DNA of 64,000 nt, from positions 1 through 64,000 of the forward strand of contig CANIWJ010000003.1 of the NCBI GenBank assembly GCA_947471035.1, in the 5' to 3' direction. The notes beneath the pieces are model-generated. The model saw nothing but the letters and a program-made list of their open reading frames with translations. It had not been told where the DNA came from and did no database searches. The translations under genes were made by a program, and so were the position numbers. The DNA comes from Verrucomicrobiota bacterium. Its GTDB lineage: Bacteria > Verrucomicrobiota > Verrucomicrobiia > Opitutales > Opitutaceae. This document shows positions 19,211-29,900 of this stretch, one piece after another (position 1 is the stretch's first letter; the number at the start of each line of letters is the position of its first letter).

Positions 19211-19310
19211 GCCCACATGCCGCGCTCAGCTTGCCCGCCGTGCAAGCCGTAAGCCGCCCGACCGCTTTGCGCTGGCGCCCGACTCTTCGGCGGGCTTTAC
19301 CCTTCGGGCT

Positions 19311-19643
19311 ATGGCAATGGAATTCGGCTGGTGGGTCCGCGACCCTGAACAAGGCAAATATCAGGTATGGGTCGTGTTTCACGGCGGCACCGTCACGTGG
19401 CAACGCCACCAAGGCCACCATACCGCCTGGGAACCCTTGGAGCCGATCACCGCCGAGCTCTGGGATCGTCTCATGGATGAAGCCGCCAAACGCGTGCCTC
19501 GTCGCCTGATGTCCCCCAAGCAGTTCGACGAACTCAAACGCCTCCGCGCCGCCGCCGAAGACTCCGGCACCCCCAAACCGCTCAAGCGTGGCGCCCACCT
19601 CAAGCGGGCCCGTGACCTGCCTGCTCCGCCAGACTCACTCTAG
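19311..19643 (+). CDS. hypothetical small protein
   Basis: 110-aa ORF MAMEFGWWVRDPEQGKYQVWVVFHGG...; the upstream part of the track ORF is antisense to the neighbouring gene and was rejected. Confidence 0.35.
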   Translation: MAMEFGWWVRDPEQGKYQVWVVFHGGTVTWQRHQGHHTAWEPLEPITAELWDRLMDEAAKRVPRRLMSPKQFDELKRLRAAAEDSGTPKPLKRGAHLKRARDLPAPPDSL

Positions 19644-19667
19644 CCACTGATACCCCGCTCTACCGGC

Positions 19668-20207
19668 CTACCTGGAAAACTGGGCCCAAATATAGCGAAA
19701 CGAACCGGCGAAATCCTTCGGGCGCTCGCGCAACGCTTGATTCAAACTCTCTCGGTCAAACCAAGCTCCGTCCATGATTTCGGCCGGGTGTAACTGAAAC
19801 GGCCCTTCGTGCTCCACCCGATAAACCCAGACGAACTCCATGCCAGTCTCGCGCCTTGCGTCCAGCCGCAGCCAGCGGGTCAACACATCCGGGCCCGACA
19901 CCACCACGCCGATCTCCTCCGCCAGCTCGCGCACCGCTGCCTGATCGTAATCTTCGCCCGCATCCACATGACCCGAGCACGAGGCGCACCATCGGCCTGG
20001 TGCAGAGTCCTTGAGCATCGAGCGGCGCTGCAAAAACACCCGGCCCGCCTGATCAAAACACAGCACATGCACCGCCCGGTGCCTCAGCTTGTTGGCGTGC
20101 ACGTAGTCACGCCGTGCCTGCCCTGTGACGTGGTCATGCTCGTCCACCACATCAAAAAGCTCGTCCGCGCGCTGCGCCAGTCCCTCAACCTTTACATTCA
20201 CTTCCAT
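19668..20207 (-). CDS. NUDIX hydrolase
   Basis: Nudix box GHVDAGEDYDQAAVRELAEEIG. Confidence 0.8.
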   Translation of the reverse strand: MEVNVKVEGLAQRADELFDVVDEHDHVTGQARRDYVHANKLRHRAVHVLCFDQAGRVFLQRRSMLKDSAPGRWCASCSGHVDAGEDYDQAAVRELAEEIGVVVSGPDVLTRWLRLDARRETGMEFVWVYRVEHEGPFQLHPAEIMDGAWFDRESLNQALRERPKDFAGSFRYIWAQFSR

Positions 20208-20244
20208 GTGTGTCCTTTCGTGACCTTTAATTTCCCCGCACGCC

Positions 20245-20718
20245 ATGCCGAAAATCGACGTCAATCAAGTAGCTGAAATCCTCAAACGTAACGACATCGA
20301 CCCTGCCCTTTTACGGCAGATCGTCGAAGAGATGAACCAGGCGGTGGAACCCGAAGTGGACGAAGAGAAACCACCCGCGGTGAAAAAACAGTTTTCCATC
20401 CTCGTTTCTGATCCGGACAACCAACTGCCCGAAAAAGCCGAGTTCACCGGCTGGGTTTTCCAGATTCCGGAAGACGCTTCCGTGACCAGCACGACCGAAC
20501 GTATCCACAAAGCCGCCTACGAGTTCAATACCACCAAGAAAGGCCGCATGATGCCCGCAAAGACTCTGGCCGACGCCATTGAAAACATCCCGGCCAAGGC
20601 GTTTAAAGAGCAGCAGGTTTGGGTGAAAACCAAGGCCCCGGTCTTTGTCATTCGCACCGACAACCTCATTCCCACCGAGAAAACCGAGCGTGACACCCGC
20701 CGCGGCCGGGCTAGCTGA
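20245..20718 (+). CDS. hypothetical protein (charged, Lys/Glu-rich)
   Basis: 157-aa ORF with ATG start; local GC lower than surroundings; no recognisable motif. Confidence 0.45.
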   Translation: MPKIDVNQVAEILKRNDIDPALLRQIVEEMNQAVEPEVDEEKPPAVKKQFSILVSDPDNQLPEKAEFTGWVFQIPEDASVTSTTERIHKAAYEFNTTKKGRMMPAKTLADAIENIPAKAFKEQQVWVKTKAPVFVIRTDNLIPTEKTERDTRRGRAS

Positions 20719-20903
20719 GGTCGGTTTAGGGCGTGCCCGGGTTTAAACTCTGTCCGGCGGGAGCGTGGAGCGCGGCTCGGCCAAGGCGCGAGAGGCGGAG
20801 GTGGGCCAGCGGCCCATGCCGCCTTTCGCAACGCCTGACCAGCGTGCTCCACGCTTTCCCCGCAGGGCCTTGGCGACGGGCGAAGATTAAACCAAGACTC
20901 GCC

Positions 20904-23501
20904 CTAGGCCTCTAACACCTGTCGGATCACCTTGGCAAAATCGGTGATTCGGTAGGGCTTGGGAATCATACCGGAGAATCCATAAGCGCGAAAATCGCTC
21001 ATAACCGGATCGCTCGAATAACCGCTGCTGACGATAGCTCTTACGGTGGGGTCGATCTCCTTCATCCGCCGCAGTGCCTCCAAGCCACCCATGCCACCCG
21101 GCACAGTCAGGTCCATGATCACCAGATCAAAACGACGCCCATTGGCCAGTGCCTCACGGTAGGCGTTTACCGCATCCTCGCCTTCGGGAACGGTCGTCAC
21201 GCCAAAGCCGATTCGTTTCAGCAACTGCGAAGCCATTTCCCGGATAGCCTGTTCGTCATCCATGAGCAGCACGCGGCCGTTCATCGGGCCGGTGCCAAAG
21301 GGATTTGCCGTCGCGGGCTTTTCCGGCACGGCACTTCTCGTAGCCGGCAGCCAGATCCGGAAAGTCGTGCCGCGCCCGAGCTCCGACTCCAATTCGATGT
21401 ACCCACCGTGTTTCTTGACCACCGCATAGACCGTGGCCAATCCAAGACCGCTACCTTCTTGTTTGGTCGTAAAGTAGGGATCGAAGATTTTGCTGACATG
21501 CTCGGGGCGGATGCCCCCACCCGTATCCGCTACCGACAGCCGTACCGCTGCACTGGTTAATCCGGTGCGCACCGGGGGCGCACCGTCATTGGATAGGTTT
21601 ATCCAAATAACACCGCCCGTGGGCATCGCTTGCACGGCATTGAGCACTAGGTTTTGCACCACTTGGCCAATCTGGCCCTTGTCCACATCGGCCGACCAGA
21701 GATCATTTTCGATCTCGAACTCGCACTTCACTTTCGACCCATGCAGGGAAAATTGAGCTGTCTCGCGCACCACTTCGGCCAATTGCACCGCCGACCGAAT
21801 CGGATCCCCGCCCTTGGCAAAAGTTAGCAACTGCTGCGTCAAATCCCGCGCCCGCATTAAACCCTTCTCCGCCTCGTTCAGCCACTGCACCCCGCCCTCC
21901 TGGATTTGTGAGTCCAGGGTCGCCAGGGTCACGTTGCCCATGATTACGGTCAGAAGATTATTGAAATCGTGAGCGATGCCGCCCGCCAGCACGCCAACGG
22001 ATTCGAGCTTGGTCGCACGTAGCATTTCTGCCTCGAGCTTGGCCCGCTCCGTGACATCACGCAGCACCAACACCACGCCCGCCGGTTGGCTGGAAACATC
22101 GCGAATCGGTGCACAACGCCCTTCGACCAATCGACTCACCCCTTGCCTGTGCAAAATCACGGTCGCTGGCGGTAACTCCACCACCAAGGCGTCGGACAAC
22201 GCCCGTAGATGCGGCGAGGGCAACGCCTCGCGCGTGCGCTCGTGTTGCAAGGGACACACGTCCGAAAGCACTCGTCCGATCGCCGCCCCGTCCGTCCAGC
22301 CGGTCAGCTGCTCCGCCGCATCGTTGAGATAATTAATCACTCCGTGCCGATTGGTGGTCACCACCGCTTCCACCATCGCGCGCAAGGTAACTTTCAAACG
22401 CTCGCGCTCAGAGGCCAATTCCTCCTCGGCGACTTTTCGGGCGTTGATGTCCGAGTGCGTGCCGACCAGCCGGATGGGTTTGCCCACCGAGTCAAACTGC
22501 GCCAGCCCGCGAGCCATCACCCAGCGGTATTGGCCGTCCTGGCACAACAACCGGTATTCCACCCGGTAACCCTCCGTGCGTTCGCTTAAATGCCGCTGCA
22601 TCTCCCGCACCATCGCGGCGCGATCCTCGGGATGCACCAAAGCCTCCCAAGCCTCCCGTGAAGCCTCCAAATCACCCGGCGCATAGCCCAGCATCTCGCG
22701 ACTGCGCTCCGAGAGAAAAAACTGCCCGGTGATAAAATCGATTTCCCAGATGCCGGCGTTGATTCCTCGCACCGCCAGATGCCAGCGATCCTCGCTGTGC
22801 TGCAAACGCTCCTGCGTGCTGCGCAAATCACTCACGTCAGTGAAAACCGACATCGCCCGAGAGTAATCGGGTCGCCCCCCCTCAACGGGCACCGACCAGT
22901 GCAAAATCGAGTGCACCACTTGCCCATCCAGTCGGCTAAAAGTCACATTATGCACCAGCTCCGTCTTTCCCGCCCAGAGCAAGGCCAGTTCCTCGGCAAA
23001 GACGGTCGAAAAATTCGGAGCAAACACGCCCATGTTCGCTCTTAAGGCCGCCAAATCCGCTATGCCCCCCAATGCCAATGCAGTCCGATTGGCCGCCGAG
23101 ATAGATAACTGCAAAAACTGCGTCCGCACCACCTCGGGATTGGCCGCCAGAAAGGCGCGGATGTCCTTTACCCCCTCTTTGCGTCGCGCCTCCAACCACG
23201 CCACCTGCGGACGCATATCCACGATTAGCACCGCTACCGGCGCGTTCTCAAACAGGAACTGCATGCGCGAAGCCGCCATGGCCGAGGTCCGAACTCTACG
23301 ACGATAATACGCACGCCAGACTCCTGCCGCAATCAACCCCGCCAGCAAACCCAAGCCGATCGATACGGACCAACCCGCAGCCTCACCAGGTATTGGCTCA
23401 GGCCGCTGCACTTGATCCGCCCACGCAGTAAACGGCAAACCGGTCAGTGCAAGCACGACCGTGCCTAGTGGGTTACCCCATGATTTTTTAAGCGGTTCCA
23501 T
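20904..23501 (-). CDS. hybrid sensor histidine kinase/response regulator with PAS domains
   Basis: Two N-terminal TM segments, PAS-like repeats, HisKA H-box (IAHDFNNLLTVIMGNV), HATPase (DTGGGIRPEHVSKIFDPYFTTK...GSGLGLATVY), C-terminal receiver (LLMDDE...DLVIMDLTVPGGMGG). Confidence 0.9.
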   Translation of the reverse strand: MEPLKKSWGNPLGTVVLALTGLPFTAWADQVQRPEPIPGEAAGWSVSIGLGLLAGLIAAGVWRAYYRRRVRTSAMAASRMQFLFENAPVAVLIVDMRPQVAWLEARRKEGVKDIRAFLAANPEVVRTQFLQLSISAANRTALALGGIADLAALRANMGVFAPNFSTVFAEELALLWAGKTELVHNVTFSRLDGQVVHSILHWSVPVEGGRPDYSRAMSVFTDVSDLRSTQERLQHSEDRWHLAVRGINAGIWEIDFITGQFFLSERSREMLGYAPGDLEASREAWEALVHPEDRAAMVREMQRHLSERTEGYRVEYRLLCQDGQYRWVMARGLAQFDSVGKPIRLVGTHSDINARKVAEEELASERERLKVTLRAMVEAVVTTNRHGVINYLNDAAEQLTGWTDGAAIGRVLSDVCPLQHERTREALPSPHLRALSDALVVELPPATVILHRQGVSRLVEGRCAPIRDVSSQPAGVVLVLRDVTERAKLEAEMLRATKLESVGVLAGGIAHDFNNLLTVIMGNVTLATLDSQIQEGGVQWLNEAEKGLMRARDLTQQLLTFAKGGDPIRSAVQLAEVVRETAQFSLHGSKVKCEFEIENDLWSADVDKGQIGQVVQNLVLNAVQAMPTGGVIWINLSNDGAPPVRTGLTSAAVRLSVADTGGGIRPEHVSKIFDPYFTTKQEGSGLGLATVYAVVKKHGGYIELESELGRGTTFRIWLPATRSAVPEKPATANPFGTGPMNGRVLLMDDEQAIREMASQLLKRIGFGVTTVPEGEDAVNAYREALANGRRFDLVIMDLTVPGGMGGLEALRRMKEIDPTVRAIVSSGYSSDPVMSDFRAYGFSGMIPKPYRITDFAKVIRQVLEA

Positions 23502-23654
23502 ACACGTAGGTGAAAGCCTTCTAAGCACCCACCCAAAACATCAAAAGTCGAGGGAGAATACGGACCGCCCTCATGCCTTAACCGATGCAAAGACTAAGAA
23601 ACATAAGCTGAGATCATACTAATTAAAGCCAAGGGATCGTCCCCTCCCCCGCGT

Positions 23655-24011
23655 ATGACCCCCTGCATGAAACTCACTTCCACCATCCTAGTCCTTGCCC
23701 TGCTCGCGCCCTTTGCCGCCCTGAAGGCCGAACCTGCCCCGAGCACGGTTTCCCCCGCCCTCAAAGCCGCCTATCCCCTCACCACCTGCGTCGTCTCCGA
23801 CGAGGCCCTCGAAGGCGGCGGCATGGGGGGCCCCATTGACTACATCCACAAGGAGGCCGGCCAACCCGACCGCCTCGTCCGCTTTTGCTGCTCCGATTGC
23901 GTGAAAGATTTCAAGAAAGACCCGGCCAAATACCTCGCTAAAATCGACGCCGCCGCGAAATCCAAAGCCGCCCCTAAAGCCGACGCCGCCCACACCGGCC
24001 ACATGCACTAA
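23655..24011 (+). CDS. periplasmic YHS/TRASH-like metal-binding protein
   Basis: Signal peptide; C..(x)..FCCSDCVKDFKKDPAKYL pattern resembling the YHS domain; C-terminal HTGHMH tail; located directly upstream of czcCBA. Confidence 0.55.
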   Translation: MTPCMKLTSTILVLALLAPFAALKAEPAPSTVSPALKAAYPLTTCVVSDEALEGGGMGGPIDYIHKEAGQPDRLVRFCCSDCVKDFKKDPAKYLAKIDAAAKSKAAPKADAAHTGHMH

Positions 24012-24086
24012 GCGGTAACCCTCCGCAGCCGCTTCCGCCACCCAAACGCCCCAATCGGGCACGCAGCTACTGCTTTGCCCAACGCC

Positions 24087-25346
24087 ATGAAATCCCGTCT
24101 GTCGCTCACCTTACTGCTCGCCGTTTGGTCGCCCGTTGTAGCCCAAGAGCCACCCATCCCGGCCTCACCAACGGCCTTAACCCTCGAACAGGTCTTTAAC
24201 GCCATTCGAAACACCCATCCAGCGCTCGTCGCCGCCCGCTCGACTACCGCCGCCGCCGCCGCACGCAGCGATCAGGAAAAAGCCTGGATGGCCCCCAAAG
24301 TCGGGCTAAGCCTCAACCGGGAAGACACCAACCTCGTCGATTACCATGAGCTCGAAGTCATGGTTTCCCAAGAGTTGCCCTTAAGCGGCCGCCCTCGTCT
24401 CCGTGCCCAAGCCGCCGATGCCGAGGCCGGCGTCGCCTCCGCCCAAGCCCGCCGCCGCGAGTGGATGCTACTCAACCAAGTCCGCAACGCCTACACCCGC
24501 CTCGCCGCCGCTGACGCCCGCCTCGAAGCCAACACTCGTCTCCGCGCAAACCTCGACCAATTCCGCCCGCTCGCCCGCCAAGCCTACGAAGTCGGACGCC
24601 GCCCCCAGTCCGAGCTCCTCGCCCTCGAAACCGAACTCGCCAAACTCGACGCCGAACTCGCCGAACTTACCGGCATGCGCGCCCAGGAAGCCGCTATGCT
24701 CAACGCCCTTCTGCTTCGTCCCGCTTCGGCGGCGATACCCCTCTTGGCACTACCCGAGCCAACCGCTCCTTCACTTGACCTATCCGAAGCCGTAAACCGC
24801 GCCCGCGCCCTCAGTCCCGAAATAGCCGTCGCACGTCGCGAAACCGACGCCGCCCGCGCCAAACTCGCCGTCGTTCAAAAAAACCGCGCCATCGACCCCG
24901 AACTCTCCGTCACCGCCCGCCGCATGAAAAACTCCGGCGATGTCGTTACCAGCTACGATACTGCCATCTCCTTTTCCATTCCTTGGGCCAATCCGGGGCG
25001 CACCCGTTCAGAACTCGCCGAGGCCCGTAGTCGCGTAACCGCCGCCCGGGCCGAGGTCGAGGCCGGCGAAGCCGAAATCGCCGGCATGGTCGCCACCTCC
25101 CACACCCGAGCCACCACCACTTACGCGCAGATAAAACGCTACACGGAAGAAATCCTTCCCCTCACCCGCGCCAGCACCGAAGCCGCCCGCCGCGATTACG
25201 AGGCCGGCCGCGAACCCCTCATCGCCGTGCTCGCCGCCCAGCGCATGACGCTGGAAGCCGAGCTTAAACTCGTAGAACTCCGCGTCTACCACGCCCTCGC
25301 TTCCGCCGAACTTTGCTTCCTCTCCGGCCAAGACCTCCAACCATGA
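24087..25346 (+). CDS. czcC: TolC-family outer-membrane efflux protein (CzcC/CusC-like)
   Basis: Signal peptide, two OEP repeats with Ala/Leu-rich coiled coils; ATG at 24087 chosen over the TTG of the track. Confidence 0.85.
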   Translation: MKSRLSLTLLLAVWSPVVAQEPPIPASPTALTLEQVFNAIRNTHPALVAARSTTAAAAARSDQEKAWMAPKVGLSLNREDTNLVDYHELEVMVSQELPLSGRPRLRAQAADAEAGVASAQARRREWMLLNQVRNAYTRLAAADARLEANTRLRANLDQFRPLARQAYEVGRRPQSELLALETELAKLDAELAELTGMRAQEAAMLNALLLRPASAAIPLLALPEPTAPSLDLSEAVNRARALSPEIAVARRETDAARAKLAVVQKNRAIDPELSVTARRMKNSGDVVTSYDTAISFSIPWANPGRTRSELAEARSRVTAARAEVEAGEAEIAGMVATSHTRATTTYAQIKRYTEEILPLTRASTEAARRDYEAGREPLIAVLAAQRMTLEAELKLVELRVYHALASAELCFLSGQDLQP

Positions 25347-26989
25347 AAGCACGTACCTTTTTCACCCTCGTCCTTGTTGCCGGTCTCGCCGCCGCCGCCG
25401 GCTACCAAGCCGCGCTTCACACCATGAAGCCGACCCCGGTTCAAACCGCGACCGAAGCCCGGAAAATAAAGTTTTACCAGTCGCCGATGCATCCGTGGAT
25501 CAAGTCCGATCAACCCGGCAAGTGCACGATCTGCGGCATGACGCTCATGCCTGTTTACGAGGGCGAGGCGGGTGTCTCCACCGACCCCAGCCTAGTCACC
25601 CTCGCGGCCTCCTCCGCCTCCGTCATCGGCGTGCAGACCGCCGAGATTCGTCGCGCTCCGCTGGTGCGCACCCTTCGTGTGGCCGGCATCATCGACGACG
25701 ACGAAAGCCGTCATCGCTATCTATCCGCCTACACCGACGCCCGTATCGAAAAACTTTACGTTCACACCACAGGCGTCGAAGTCGCCGCCGGCGAACCGCT
25801 CGCCGTGCTTTACAGCCCCGAACTGCTCACCGCCCGCCAAGAGTTTCACTCCCTTGCCCGTACCAACTCGACTCTACTCGGTGCCGCGCGCGAAAAACTT
25901 ATTCGCCTCGGCCTCCTGGAACAACAAATCGACGCCCTCGCCCTTGCCTCCGAAGTCAGCCGCGAAACCGAAATTCTGGCCCCGCTCTCCGGCACCGTGG
26001 TTGCCCGCAGCGAAACCGCCTACGCCGGTGGCTACGTGAAGGCCGGCGACATGCTCTTCGCCATCGGGGACTTTAAACAAATGTGGTTCGTTTTCGACGC
26101 CTACGAACCCGACCTGCCCGCGCTACGGATCGGCCAAACCGTGGAAATCTCCGTCCCCTCGCTCGCGGGCCAAACCCTCAGCGCGCCCATCACCTTCATC
26201 GACCCCAACCTCAACGAAATGACCCGCACCGCCAAGGTCCGCGTCGTGCTTGAAAACACCGACCGCCGCCTCCGCCACCGGATAACCGCCACCGGTCGCG
26301 TCACCCTCGAAACTCCCGAAACCCTCATCGCCCCGCGTAGCGCCGTGCTTCACACCCAGCGCGAACCCATGGCTTACGTCGAACTCGGCGACCGCACCTA
26401 CGAACCCAGATCGCTCAAACTGGGTCGCACCGGCGACGACGCAGTCGAAATTCTCGACGGTCTCGCCCCCGGCGAAAAAGTCGTCACCCAAGGCGCGCTG
26501 CTGATCGACGGCCAGGCCCAACTCGCCCACAGCGCCAACGGCAACGATTCGCCTCCCCCCGCGCCCCACGACCACGCTGCGCCCGCCCCCACCGCAATAC
26601 CCTCCAACAACCAGCCACTCTTCCAAACATCCGCCGAGGCCGCCGCCGCGCTCTCCGCCGACGACCTCGCCGCCTACGCCAAACTCCTGCCCGCTCTGAC
26701 CGCCGCCGTGCACCAATCCGGCGAGGCCCACGAAACCCTGATGCCGCTCGCCGCCGCCCTCGTGCCGGGTCCCGATCTCACCACTGCCCGCGCCCCGTTC
26801 GAGGCGTTTAGCAGCGCCGTCGCCGATCTCGCCCGCGCCTTGCCGGTGGAGCAACGCGGGGGCCTGCGAATTTTTCAATGCCCCATGGCCCCGGTCACGC
26901 GCAAGGCGCGCTGGCTCCAGCACGACGACGCCGTGCGAAACCCCTTTTTCGGTTCCGCCATGCTGGAGTGCGGCAACGAGCTCAAGTAA
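25343..26989 (+). CDS. czcB: RND efflux periplasmic adaptor (CzcB/CusB-like) with N- and C-terminal metal-binding extensions
   Basis: N-terminal YQSPMHPWIKSDQPGKCTICGMTL (CusB/SilB-type YxxPMHP...CxxCGM motif); membrane-fusion core; C-terminal FQCPMAP...NPFFGSAMLECG module; start ATG overlaps the czcC stop (ATGA). Confidence 0.85.
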   Translation: MKARTFFTLVLVAGLAAAAGYQAALHTMKPTPVQTATEARKIKFYQSPMHPWIKSDQPGKCTICGMTLMPVYEGEAGVSTDPSLVTLAASSASVIGVQTAEIRRAPLVRTLRVAGIIDDDESRHRYLSAYTDARIEKLYVHTTGVEVAAGEPLAVLYSPELLTARQEFHSLARTNSTLLGAAREKLIRLGLLEQQIDALALASEVSRETEILAPLSGTVVARSETAYAGGYVKAGDMLFAIGDFKQMWFVFDAYEPDLPALRIGQTVEISVPSLAGQTLSAPITFIDPNLNEMTRTAKVRVVLENTDRRLRHRITATGRVTLETPETLIAPRSAVLHTQREPMAYVELGDRTYEPRSLKLGRTGDDAVEILDGLAPGEKVVTQGALLIDGQAQLAHSANGNDSPPPAPHDHAAPAPTAIPSNNQPLFQTSAEAAAALSADDLAAYAKLLPALTAAVHQSGEAHETLMPLAAALVPGPDLTTARAPFEAFSSAVADLARALPVEQRGGLRIFQCPMAPVTRKARWLQHDDAVRNPFFGSAMLECGNELK

Positions 26990-26995
26990 CGCGCC

Positions 26996-29900
26996 ATGAT
27001 CGCCTTCATCATCCGCTGGTCGCTGCACAACCGCTTCATCGTCCTCGCCGCCTTCGTCGCACTCTGCGCCTGGGGCGTGGTCGCGCTGAAACGCGTGCCG
27101 GTGGACGCCATTCCCGATCTTTCCGAGAATCAAGTGATCGTTTACGCCGACTTGCCCGGCCGCTCGCCCCAGGAAGTCGAAGATCAGATCACCTACCCGC
27201 TCTCAGTCTCCCTCCAAGGCTTGGCCGGCGTAAAAACCGTGCGCGCCACGTCCATGTTCGGCTTCTCGTTTCTCACCGTTATTTTCGACGACAAAATCGA
27301 AAACTACTTCGCCCGGACGCGGGTGCTGGAGCGTCTGAATTCCTTAGGAGAACTTCTGCCGTCCGCCGTCACCGCACGCCTCGGGCCCGACGCCACCGGC
27401 CTCGGCTGGGTTTATCAATATTACCTAAAGGACGCCTCCGGGAAACAAGACCTCGGCTCCCTGCGCGCCCTGCAAGATACGTTTATCCGTTATCAACTCG
27501 CCGCCACCCCCGGCGTCGCCGAGGTCGCCAGCATCGGTGGTTTCGTCCGCCAGTATCAAATCGAGGTTTCGGCCCTGAAACTAAAACAGTTCGGCCTCTC
27601 CCTCGGCGAAGTGATTGACGCCGTCGGGGCCAGCAACGCCAACGTCGGCGGCAAAACCCTGGAGGAAAACGGCGCCGAATATATCGTGCGCGGCGTCGGC
27701 TTGGTAACCTCACCCGCCGATCTGGAAAAGATCCCGCTCATGCCGCGCGGTGGTGTGCCGCTCACCCTGCGCGATGTCGCCACCGTGCAGATCGGCGGCG
27801 AGTTCCGGCGCGGAGCGCTCGATGTGGATGGCCGCGCCGTGGTCGGCGGCATCGTCGTGATGCGCTACGGCGAAAATGCCTATCAAGTCATCCAAGACGT
27901 AAAGGCTCGCCTAGCCACCCTCGCCCCCGGCCTGCCCGCCGGCGTCACGGTCGCGCCATTTTACGACCGGGCCGACCTGATCCAGCGCGCGATCGATACG
28001 CTCAAGCACGCGCTCACCGAAGAGATTATTCTGGTAACGCTCGCCCACATCCTCTTCCTGTTTCACTTCCGCAGCATCCTGATCGTCACGCTGCCGCTGC
28101 CGGCGTCGATCCTGGTTTCGTTTATCCTCATGGATCGTTTCGGCATTCCGTCGAACATCATGTCGCTGACCGGCATCGCCATCTCCATCGGCGTGCTAGT
28201 CGATGCCGGTATCGTCATGACCGAAAACGTCATTCGCCACTGCGAACGCGCCGAGGAAGAGCTCCGCCGGCGACTCACCCCACCGGAGGTTTTTCAACAC
28301 ACGCTGGAAGCCGCCACCCAAGTCGGGCGTCCGATGTTTTTCTCGATGATGATCATCATCCTGGCCTTCGTTCCGGTGTTCCTGCTCTCGGGTCAGGAGG
28401 GAAAGCTCTTTCACCCGCTCGCCTACACCAAGAGTTTCGCCCTACTCGGCGCGGTCATTCTAGCCATCACCGCCGTGCCGGTTTTCTGCACTTACCTCGT
28501 TCGCGGTCCCTTCAAGCCCGAGAGCGAAAACTGGCTGATGAAGTTTCTCCTCCTCGGCTACGAGCCCTTGCTCGATTGGGCGCTCACCCATCGCAAAACC
28601 GTCATGTCCCTCGCCGCCACGCTATTGGTCATCACGTCCGTCATCGCCTTCGGCCTCCCTCAGCCGATTTCGTCATTCGTCATTCGTCATTCGTCATTGC
28701 CGGAGCGTTTCACGCGAGGGTTCGGCTCCGAGTTCATGCCCACGCTTGAGGAAGGCTCGCTGCTCTTCATGCCTGTGTTGCTGCCGTCCACCTCGCTCAC
28801 CGAAGTAAACCGCATCATGAGCTGGCAGGACAAGGTCATCGCCTCGCACCCCGAGGTCGTCTCCGTGGCCGGAAAACTCGGCCGCGCCGACACCGCCACC
28901 GACCCCGCTCCGGTCGAGATGATCGAGACCACCATCCTGCTCAAACCCGCCTCCGAGTGGCGACCCGGTGTCACCAAGGCAAAAATCATCTCGGAGCTTT
29001 CGGAACGGCTCACCCAAGTGCCCGGCTACGTGCCCGGTTTTCTCCAGCCGATCGAGAATCGCATTCTGATGACGAGCACGGGCATTCGCGCCCAAGTCGG
29101 CGTAAAGATTTTCGGCGACAACATCGACGCGCTCCAGGCCAAAGCATTCGAGATTGAGCGCGTGATCGCAGGTATTTCCGGCGCGACTGGCGTCGCACCC
29201 TCGCGTGCCCAGGGCAAACCCTACCTCGAAATCACGCCGGATCGCGAAGCCCTGCGCCGCTACGGCCTGCGCGTGGCCGACGTGTTTTCCTACGTCGAAA
29301 CCGGCATCGGCGGCGCCGTCGCCACGACTACGCTAAAAGGCCGTGAACGCTGGCCGGTGCAGGTCCGGCTGGAGCGAGCTGACCGCGACGATCTCGATAA
29401 AATCGGCGACTTATTAATCCCCACCCCCTCCGGGCCGTTCGTTCCGTTGCGCCAGATCGCGGCCATCAAACGAGTTGTCGGCGCCAGTGAGATTCAGAGC
29501 GAAAATGGACGTCTCCGCGTCTTCGTCCAGGCCAACGTCCAAAACCGCGACCTCGGCGGCTTCGTGGACGAAATTAAAGCCAAAGTAACCCAATCGGTTA
29601 CTTTGGATCCGGGCATGACCATCGAGTATTCCGGCCAATACGAACACCAGATCCGTGCCCGCCAGACCCTCGCCTACGTGTTCCCGGCGGTGATCGTGAT
29701 CATCTTTATCCTGCTGGTAATGACGTTTCGCAGCGTTCCCGAGGCTGCGCATGTTATCCTCGCCGTGCCCTTTGCCCTCACCGGTGGCGTGATTCTCCAA
29801 TCCATCCTCGGCTTCAATTTTAGCGTGGCAGTCTGGGTCGGATACATCGCGCTTTTCGGCACCGCTATCCAGACCGGCGTGGTAATGGTAGTGTATCTGG

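Noticed and set aside
26123-27133. 336-aa minus-strand ORF across the czcB/czcA junction
   Set aside because: Antisense to two well-supported efflux genes; low-complexity Gly-rich translation.
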